64,000 nucleotides of DNA from assembly GCF_006345805.1 (NCBI RefSeq), contig NC_043002.1:47182001-47246000 (forward strand), read 5' to 3'. Of this stretch, positions 53,951 through 64,000 are shown one piece after another (within the stretch, counting starts at the first letter, position 1; each line of letters opens with the position of its first letter). The translations under genes were made by a program, and so were the position numbers. The notes below the pieces were generated by a model. It ran no database searches, was not told where the DNA came from, and saw only the letters and a list, made by a program, of their open reading frames with translations. This DNA is from Octopus sinensis. Its lineage: Eukaryota.

Positions 53951-54981
53951 ATTGTCGGCTGGAGGACAGTAAAAATAAAGGTGGTCTATCTACCGTCAGA
54001 AATAAATATTTGCTGCTTATGAACATATTTTAAGCTCACTGGCTGCAAAAGCAAATTTTACCTGGTCAAGGGATGGATTTATTGGTCCAAACTGATCATG
54101 AAAGTAAATAGCACATCCTAAACTTAATCAATCTATCAGGTGACTTGCACCTTTTCGTGGTGATTGAAAACGGAAAGACAAGGTGTTACCTACTTGGTCA
54201 AATAAGCCATCTAAGAATTTTCTGCCGACTGCAAAAGAAGGGAGAAGAAAACCATTTGCCACTACAGCCAATGCCATTGCCATTACAGTAGTCCCATCAA
54301 GAGCAAAAGCAGCAACAATGTCAACAATAGGAACACCACCACTACTACTAACAGAATTAACAACAACAGCCACAACATTAAAATCAGCAAACGCAAAAGC
54401 AAGAACAAAAACAATGCCAGCCACAACAGAAGCAACAACAAAAATAGGATTGATAATCTCATGAGAACAACAACAACAACAGCAGCAGGAAGATGAACAA
54501 CATCGTCAATATCAGCAACATAATCTGCATACTACAACAAAATATCACAAGATATACCAATATCATGTCTCTCAGAGGAATGTCAAAGAATTATCAGCTT
54601 GTGACAGGACGTAAAGAAAATTTGAGGAAAAAAAAATTCTCCCAAGTACAGACATGTCAACCGGGAATAAATAAAGAAAAAAGAATGTTACGACTTAATC
54701 CATGCAATGGGTGTGAATGTCTGGAGTTTAAGAAAGACTGTCCATTTAAAACTCGGTAATATTTTAGTTGTCAAAAAATAGGACATAAATACTCGCACTG
54801 CATAGCGAAGCAGAAAAGGTCGGAAAAAATTCTTCTAAAAAAGTTTGATCAACGGAAAGTCGTGATGACACCCCAAAAAGAATGTATGTGTGGGTAAAAA
54901 TAAACGACGCGAATGTGAAACTACAATGAGACAGGATTAACCCCACCAGACGCCAACCTGGTATTTTTAGGTCTCGGGTTG

Positions 54982-54982
<1 letters not shown>

Positions 54983-55067
<85 letters not shown>

Positions 55068-55510
55068 ATGAGACAGCAGTGCATGCCATTAAAGTGACAC
55101 TGGGGTAAAATATACGAAGCCCAGGATACCAATCATGACTACTCGTCTGATAAGGATACAACTGGCACATGTATCACAACCATATGTGCGCGATATAATG
55201 ACCTCATATCAAGATTAATAGCGCATGATCTTGCAGGTGGAGGTCAGTTAGAATTTTATTCAGGTTGAGTAGCCCATCCCACTGAAAAGGTCTGAATAAG
55301 GGTTGTTTAAAAATGTTGAATGAAACACCTATGTTTCCAAAGGTGAATTATCCAAACGCCAAAGAATCCCTCTCAATACATGGCTATGACGCTCCACCAC
55401 TACTTCTGCTTGTGATCAGAGATTCACATATCGTCAGCCACTAAGGGACATTTGGTTGCTCAACTGGTTATGGTCAAACAACTGACAAGTAAATCTATGG
55501 TATTGAGCAA
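54983..55510 (-). mobile_element. Interspersed repeat (LINE 3' end-like) with (AAT)n tail
   Basis: (ATT)n tract 54983-55066 followed by a non-coding repeat-like body; family assignment uncertain. Confidence 0.4.
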
Positions 55511-55945
55511 TTTGAAACCAAGTGGGCCATATCTTAGAAAATATCACCATAAATTTTTCCTCTATCTGTTTGTTTGTTTATATCCATTGATGCGTAAAAT
55601 ATAGATTATTTTAACCTTTTGCATCTCTCAAAAGAATTTTTAACTTTCTCCTAAATGTCAACGCTTATTTTCAGGCTTTTAGTTAGCCCTTGTTTCTTAT
55701 GTTCTGAGTAGTATAAAACTTTCCCTTCATTAGTCCAAAGTTACTGTGGTGTTTCAAAAAAATAGGAAGGTGTATATCATATGGATGCACGGACTCCAGA
55801 GAAATATGTTTTGCGTATCACTTGTAATACACAGGACAGGCAAGGGGTTATTTATAGGAGCACGAGGAAAACATTGTGAATACTGTCAACTAAGTTTTAT
55901 TCCGCATTATATCGATTCAACAACATTTTTTTAATCTCTTCCTAG

Positions 55946-56028
55946 ATATTTTAGAGAAGAAGGCAAATGTAATGAAGCGGCCAATTGTAAGTTGGCAGAA
56001 AAGTATATGAAACTTATGGAATGTAGTG
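55946..56028 (+). CDS. Exon 9 (B-type, phase 2 to 1)
   Basis: Acceptor ttaatctcttcctAG, donor GTaagt; 83 nt reads YFREEGKCNEAANCKLAEKYMKLMECS; a second in-frame acceptor would start the exon at 55955. Confidence 0.8.
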
Positions 56029-56149
56029 GTAAGTAGTTTCTTATTTATTGTAAGGCATAACTAAGGAAATTAGCTGTGTGGTTAATGCGAAAATGAGGTG
56101 AATTCAAGTGTAATGCATGCAATTTAACATAAATCATAAAAAGGATTCA

Positions 56150-57050
56150 ATACTGACTCTGCGCATTATCACTTACTAACACGCAAGTTATTACCTCTTC
56201 CCTGACGCATAAAACCTTTAGATTTTATGTGTCCACTCTCTGACATCTAAGTAACATCTCTGTTCCATTTGTATATCTCTCAGCTCGATGTAAGGGAAAA
56301 AGACTTCCAGTTACTCTGACACAAAGGTTTCCGATTGTTCCTACAACTCTCTGATCTCTTCCAACTACCATTAACTATTTCCCTCCCCACTCTCTCACTC
56401 TGTCTCTCTTTAGCATCAAGGACATGTTCATGTTACATTATCGCTTCTAAAGTCATGATCGTCAGTGACTTCAATATTCACAACCTCCCTTGATCTAATC
56501 ATTAACCTCACAACAACACTGTTATTACAGAAGCCGATTCATTTGCCATTCTGAACTCTCTACAATAATTACTATGTAAGTAGGCTGCGACTTCAAGAGC
56601 ATTTGGCAGTTATTTCTCACAGCAGAAACAACTGTGTAGTGGCTCCTTCATTAGCACGTAACAAAAGCCACAGCATATACTTGCATATTCGACCAGCACA
56701 AATTCACAAAACATCTTTAATTTCTCAAATTTAAATCCAATGTTTATCAAACAATTACCGTTCCTGCATCTATTGAGTCATCCAGCTACTACTTCATCAA
56801 AGCAACTTACCACATATCCACGACCTGCACAATGCCATAATCATCTTCTAAACTCTCTGGTATTTCATCCCTTCGTCTCACCCAACTTGTCGTAGTTAGT
56901 CAATTGTGATTATCTAAGTAGCAAATATTCCTTCACATCTCTCATACAAAGCTATTGGAGTTCGCGAAAAATAGCCCACCTAACCGGTCAAGATTTGATA
57001 TAAGAAACATATCTATCTACTCTACCAGCATATTCAGTGCTATATCAGAT
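56150..57050 (+). mobile_element. Degraded LINE endonuclease remnant
   Basis: KVMIVSDFNIHN (GDFN motif) at ~56450; many stops. Confidence 0.4.
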
Positions 57051-57139
57051 AATGTTTACACTATGTAAAAATATTTTAATATCCTTAATAACTCTTATTT
57101 TGCAATGCAAGTATGTATGTATGTATGTATGTATGTATG

Positions 57140-57170
<31 letters not shown>

Positions 57171-57695
57171 TGCATGTATGTAGGTAATCATGGATGGATG
57201 GATGGATGGGAGGATGGGCGGATGGATAGATGGATGGGTGGATGGATAGGTGGATGGATGGATCGATGGGCAGATGGCTAGTCTGTTGGATGGCTAGATA
57301 AATGATTAAATTTACATCCAGTGGGTCATAATAGTAAATGCGAAAAACAAACCATTTAGTTTCCAGAAAAGTAACCTGAAAAATATAAAGCATGGAGGAA
57401 CTCACAAACTGCCAGAGTAGGTTTTTAAGGTTTTTTATGGTATAAAGAGCTATGTGAAGTGACTTGGTAGGTAGAAACATCAGAAGTGTACATGCAAATT
57501 TCATTATACATAATCACACACACATATATAGATATGCACTTTGCACTTACATCCATACATGTACAATATATATATATATATATATATACTTGTATATGAT
57601 GTGAATTTATGGAAAGAAATCCGATAAAACTCATCAATTTACTTAAAAATGGAGAAGACAAGTTGTTAAAATATATAAGAGAATTTTAATTAACG

Positions 57696-57808
<113 letters not shown>

Positions 57809-58316
57809 CGAAACAGTCTGGTGTATCTTTCCTGCTCCAATATTTACCTTCATGAAATATTTTTGTAAGGTGTTACTTTTTTTTATGCATAACCTAATCA
57901 TAAAACAACTAGAATTCCAATATCTATTTACACTAATATGCAAATGTGCCTCTACTCACGTATGATTAAATATACAAACACTTTTTTCCTTATAAGATTA
58001 TTTTTCTCCGACTTCAAGTATATATATATGTATGTATATATATATGTATGTTTATATATGTATATATGTATATATATATATGTATGTATATATATATATG
58101 TATGTATATATATATATATATATATATATAATTATGTCGCAAGAAATTTGAAAAGCTACACGCGAAACCGGTCTTTCTTTTAAATTATGTCATTATAAGA
58201 GGAAAAAAAATTTTTTTTTAAATTTTCTAATATTCTTCAGACATATTGACGCAAATATATATATTTTTTAACATTTAAGCCTTCTGTAGTTTTTTCACTC
58301 TTTACTATTTTCTATA

Positions 58317-58377
<61 letters not shown>

Positions 58378-58380
<3 letters not shown>

Positions 58381-60336
58381 AACACACACACATACACATA
58401 CACACACATACGCACACACACATATACTTATACACATGCACACACACACATACATACATACACCCATACACATACACACACACATACCTACATACTCCTA
58501 TACGCACATACATACACACAGACAAACACACATACACACTCACACAAACATACACACACACATACTTACACACACACTCACCTGCACGCGCACACACATG
58601 CATGAAAAACACCCATACACTCACACTCACATACGCACACACCAACATAAACACGCACACGCACACACACACCTACACTCCCACACACATACACACGCAC
58701 CTACATACACACACGCACGCATACACACGCACACACACGCATACACACATACATTACACACGTACACACACACCTACATACACATGCATACACACACACA
58801 CACAAACATGCACGGACACACCAAGACATACATACATACACCTATATACACACGCCCACACACCTACATACACACACATATACACACGCCCACACACCTA
58901 CATACACACACATACATACACACACATACACGGACACACCCATACATACTTTCATACATACACCTATACACACACGCCTACACACCTACATACACACACA
59001 TGCATACACACACACACATGTACGCACATACACACACATATACGCACATACATATATACCCACACACATGCACACACACACACACATACGCACATGCATG
59101 CATGCATGCACACGCGCACACCTACACGCATACACACACACACACGCACGTACACATACATACATACACACACACATACATACACCCATACACATACATG
59201 CATCCTACACACACATACATACACACTCACACATACATACACACACACACTCACTCACACACCTGTATGTACGCGCACACACATGCACATACACACACTT
59301 CCACACACCCACACGTACATACATACACACTCATACACATACACACACACACACACACACGGACATACATCTATGCACACACATATATACACACATACTC
59401 ACATACATTCATCGGACACACTGACACCCAGACATACACACAGACACACTCACACATCCACACACATACATACTTACGCGCATACTCGCGGGCGCGCGCA
59501 CACACGCGCTTGCGCCGGTTCGCGCACGCATACGCGCCGCATGCACCTCGCTCTTGGACCCGACGAGACCTCCCGCTCGTTCCTGGGACCGTCGCTTGTC
59601 GTTGGGTTTTCCCACGCCCGTCTCCGCGGGACCACTCTTCCATCTTCCCCTCAGCTGGAGTCCTTTTTCCTTAACCCCCACTTTTTTGTTACACACACGC
59701 GCACACATATACACACATTGCTTAAATATATACATTACTCTTACACACATTCAATCTACTCGCCATTAATACTACCACGACCCTGGACACACACACACAC
59801 TACTACTCAACACACGCTGGCACGCTACATACGCCCCCACCCCTTCCCCTCCCTCCCTTCCTCCTTCCTTCTTTTTCTTACTACTGACCACTGTCTGCTA
59901 TGCCTACTACTGTCTCGCCCTACCTCACACGCCTACACACAGACGCACACACTAACACATACATATATTTTCTGTTTTTTTATCTCGCCTCACACACACA
60001 CATACACACACGCACACGCACACACTCACACATACACACACATCTGTTGCGTTACCAACCTTGTCTCCACTCTTTTGGCTTTAAAAACCTACTTTGCTCT
60101 TGTTGTCGTAAACTTCCGCCTTTCACCATGTGTAACTCGTAAACACCAGTCGTTTTTTTCTCTATCCCCTGTTGCCCGTTTGGGATCTTTCTTTCCTCTC
60201 TCTTCCTTCTTTATGTTTCCGACGAAGAGCTCCGCTCGAAACGTCATACCTTCCTGCTTCCATTTCCTGAGCGCCTATTAATAATAATACTGTAATTGTT
60301 CCATTGTTGTTGTTTTTTTGTTTTCCCGTTTGGATT

Positions 60337-60350
<14 letters not shown>
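58378..60350 (+). repeat. Long imperfect (CA)/(TACA) low-complexity tract ending in a PLE-like tail with HHR-like motif
   Basis: CA-rich 58378-59500; 60215-60249 reads gtttCCGACGAagagctccgctcGAAACGTCatac. Confidence 0.7.
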
Positions 60351-60400
<50 letters not shown>

Positions 60401-60403
60401 TAT

Positions 60404-60451
<48 letters not shown>

Positions 60452-60794
60452 GGCGCAGGAGTGGTTGTGTGGTAAGTAGCTTGCTAACCAACCACATGGT
60501 TCCGGGTTCAGTCCCACTGCGTGGCATCTTGGGCAAGTGTCTTCTGCTATAGCCCCGGGCCGACCAATGCCTTGTGAGTGGATTTGGTAGACGGAAACTG
60601 AAAGAAGCCTGTCGTATATATGTATATATATATATATATGTATGTATGTGTTTGTGTGTTTGTGTGTCTGTGTTTGTCCCCCTAGCATGATGCTGGTGTG
60701 TTTACGTCCCCGTCACTTAGCGGTTCGGCAAAAGACACCGATAGAATAAGTACTGGGCTTACAAAGAATAAGTCCCGGGGTCGAGTAAAAGAGT
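60452..60794 (+). mobile_element. tRNA-derived SINE (octopus-type family)
   Basis: ggcgcaggagtggttgtgtggtaagtagcttgc..ggttcagtcccactgcgtggc..gtaaaagagt. Confidence 0.9.
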
Positions 60795-62719
60795 ATATAT
60801 ATATGTATGTATATATGTATGTATATATGTATGTATATATATATAGATGTATGAATATATATATGTATGTATATATATATATGTATATATATATATGTAT
60901 ATATATGTATATATATATACAAGCATATATACACGTATACATATGAAAAATGAGAGAGAGTGAGGAGGAGGAGAGAAAATTAGAGGGAGAGACAGTGTGT
61001 GTGTGTATGTGAGAAAGAGAGAGTGAGTGAGTGAGTGAGAGAGAGAGTGTGTGAATGAGTGAGAGAGAGAGTGAGAGAGAAGGAAACAGAGTGGCAGGGT
61101 ATAAAAAAGGAAAGATTTAGAAAAATCTGGGGTTGTGGGAAGATTGATGGTCTCATACGTCACATATGTTTATACGAAGCAGACACCAGTCTTTACCGTT
61201 GGGTGGGTCTTGATCACTGTCTCACATTATACTTTTCGTTCATAGAGCCAAGATGTGAAAATCTTCACGTTGCAGTTCAAGAATATATGCGGATGAAAAG
61301 TATAAGGATGATAAGATTCTTACGCAATACAGAATCAGCACCTCTGGTTGCTTTTGAAATCAGTTCTGCGTTGTTCTTATAAAAAACTATCAGATATCGT
61401 ACGTCGTAGCCTTCTCTTTTGAAAGGCATATGTACTTGGCTGTCATCGTGACCCTCGTGTACGTCGGTGGAAAATGCTTTCTGTCTGATTCTCTCTCAAA
61501 TTCTCTCCCACTTTCATATATATGTATGTATGTAGGCACCTACATATATCCATACACGCACACACACAAACACACACACACACGCACACACGCACACGCA
61601 AGTACACGCGCACACACGCGCAAACATACACACACACACGCACATACATACATATGGGGAAAGTTTTCTAGATATCTATCCATTATGTATATGTGCGTGT
61701 ATGTATGAGTTTGAATCTCTGTCTCCTACTTCTATCTTTCTCACTTTCTCTTTCTCTCTCTCTCTCTTCCCACCTTTCTCACTGTCTCACACACATATGT
61801 ACATGTATATATATATATAACACCGTTTTGAAAAAAATCAAATATTAAAATGTTCCCATAGCCTTCGAACGATACCGAGACAAATTATTTCAAGAAGTTA
61901 AGAATAAACCAGTGATTCCCAGATATATTTCGGTTAATTACAACACTCTACTGATTTGGCTATAGTTTCCTAACATATAACTTCACTAGTTGGTGCCATT
62001 AAGTACACATGGTCTTGGATAAATACTGGATGGACCCAATCTAAGTTGTCTATATTACTTTTCTTTTCACTGCCAGAACATTAAAATAACTGAAGAACTG
62101 TGCAACAATACTATTAGTGTTGGAAACCTTATTATAACTAGTAATTACAGTCCATCCATCCATCCATCCATCCATCCATCCGTCCGTCCGTCCGTCCGTG
62201 CATCCATCCATCCATCCATCCATCGATCAGCCTTCTGAAAACTAGTTTGTGCAGACATACATACTTCTTTACTTTTTAAATTTTAGCTCCTAACTATGTA
62301 AGCATCCACAATAGGGGCCGGGCCTAATTTGAGAATTTCGCTTAATTTGGGGCCATACTTATACTATCTCAAGTTTGAGATATACCCAACCCCTGGATTT
62401 TAAAGCTAGTTTATTGCTTATTTTTAAAGCAAATGAATTTGTGCTAAGAGTTGAAAACATTTTATTGATGTTATGCTATAAAAAAATGGCCCACATTGGA
62501 TTTCCGGAGATCAGACATGGCCCATTTGAGTCTTAGGCCATTATGCGGTAACTATTAATTCCCGATCTTAATATTTTCACTGTCCGAATTTTGATAATAT
62601 AATAGACATTTGTGCCTACTATCAAAATGTATCGGACTAATCACCTGAAATTGTTGTATCGGATGCTAAAATCCAAAATAATCTTGCATTTCGAAGTATG
62701 TTTTTACATGTTTGGACTT

Positions 62720-62930
62720 GGTGAGCTGGCAGAATCGTTAGCACACAGGGCAAAATGCTTCGCAGCATTTCGCCCGTCTTTACGTTCAGAGATCACAATC
62801 CGCCGAGGTCAGCTTTGCCATTCATCCTTTCTATGAAGTAAGTACTAGTCGAATAACGTTGTCGATGTAATCGACTAGGACCCCTCACTCCCAAGTCTCA
62901 GGCCTTGTGCCTATAGTAGAAGAGATTATA
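62720..62930 (+). mobile_element. Second tRNA-derived SINE family
   Basis: ggtgagctggcagaatcgttagcac..aaatgctt..cgttcagagatcacaatccgccgaggtc..gtcgatgtaatcgac..ccttgtgcctatagtagaa. Confidence 0.75.
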
Positions 62931-63800
62931 ATTTATTTGTAGTGTATTCGTGGAGTAGGCTGCATGTATAAAGTTTCACAGGCTGAAAGTGTCTCAATTT
63001 TTAGACATTAAATGCTAAATATGGCTTCAAATTTAGTAAAATCCTCAAGTACGGTTCAGCACACTATTTTGACTACTCGTAAAATTAATATCATAGTTAG
63101 GAGATAAAGTATTTAAGATTGACTATGTACAAAGACCCCGTCACTTTGGACAAATTTCCAGTAATTTGGGAGACCATCTTTCAAGCCTGGTTCACATTTA
63201 TCTAGAACACCTCTGGGTTAAAATCCGAATATTTAATTACTCCTACAGACATGATAGCGATTTTAACTCGATTCACTTGAAATCACTTTTCATGATGGCT
63301 TATTCTATGTTTGTCTAAACTATATTGTCATACTGATTCATACTTTCGGGCATTTTTGTTTTTCGCTTTAACGTAATCACATCACGTTGACTTCATTAGT
63401 TTTTAGTGTCTTGATTTTTCGATTTTTGAATTTGTATTTTTTTATATAAAATCTTTGATCTGAAACTCTATTGAAACGTTATGTTTGAGAAGAGTCATAA
63501 TTAATAAAACTTATAAATAATCTCACCAGCTTCTGTTTGTTTATAGTTCACTTCTTCTTATTTTTCCGAAGCTGTTTGTTTATGACGGCAAAAATATTTT
63601 TTTCAATAATCCTGTACATTTTTAAATGCTTGGATTTTAGCAAGCATAAACAAACAACAAAGGCTTTCAAAGAAAAAAAATGTGAAATATAGCCACACAA
63701 CAACCAGTGATTTGATTTACAGGCTTTATTAAATGTGACACTTCTTAAAGAAAACAAAGTTACATTGATGCTGATACATAATTTGTATTTTCTTTTGTAG

Positions 63801-63889
63801 GCGCTGCAAATCAGAATACAGTGTTCGCCATCATATTTTCGTTTTTATTAGCAGTTCAGATGCTAGAGAAATATATTTCTCTTTCTTAA
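63801..63889 (+). CDS. Exon 10 (terminal coding exon; GPI-anchor-signal-like tail)
   Basis: Acceptor tattttcttttgtAG; phase 1 reads (G)AANQNTVFAIIFSFLLAVQMLEKYISLS* ending at TAA 63887-63889; small-residue S-G-A-A, polar spacer, hydrophobic stretch. Confidence 0.8.
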
Positions 63890-64000
63890 AGATGAATGTT
63901 ATTGATAACAAGAAATATATATACAATCATATATATATACAAGCATAGATTTTTACACTTACGCATCACTTTCGCATAACTATAAATATAAACAATTAGA

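Noticed and set aside
54128-54760. Thr/Ala-rich ORF and a Cys cluster (PCNGCEC..DCPFK)
   Set aside because: Low-complexity (ACA/GCA) sequence plus a probable decayed Gypsy gag knuckle; no splice or phase fit with the host gene
58436-60281. Long ORFs of 412 and 559 aa (His/Thr-rich), and all YI-, CV- and HT-repeat ORFs in the track
   Set aside because: Translations of (CA)n, (TA)n and (TACA)n microsatellites that lack stop codons; no protein-like complexity

Overview
AT-rich, microsatellite-dense eukaryotic DNA. It is most likely a coleoid cephalopod such as Octopus, inferred from recognisable tRNA-derived SINE families and the TA/CA repeat load. The whole window lies inside one + strand gene that the ORF track misses. 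I read 10 small GT-AG exons (4031-63889) in strictly alternating phase. They splice to a 279-aa open frame made of 4.5 tandem six-cysteine modules, each encoded by an exon pair, and end in a probable GPI-anchor signal; the 5' exons lie upstream of the window. The introns are packed with transposon debris: Penelope-like elements (PLE) with long inverted repeats, CR1/L2-group LINEs inside (TA)n tracts, RTE, Gypsy, Tc1/mariner, a Helitron, piggyBac-like and Mutator-like MITEs, and SINEs. Several non-coding repeat families carry minimal hammerhead-ribozyme (HHR) motifs, including a near-identical 362-bp retrozyme-like tandem array whose core has the compensatory U3-A8 variant. All calls were made by eye, with no database searches.
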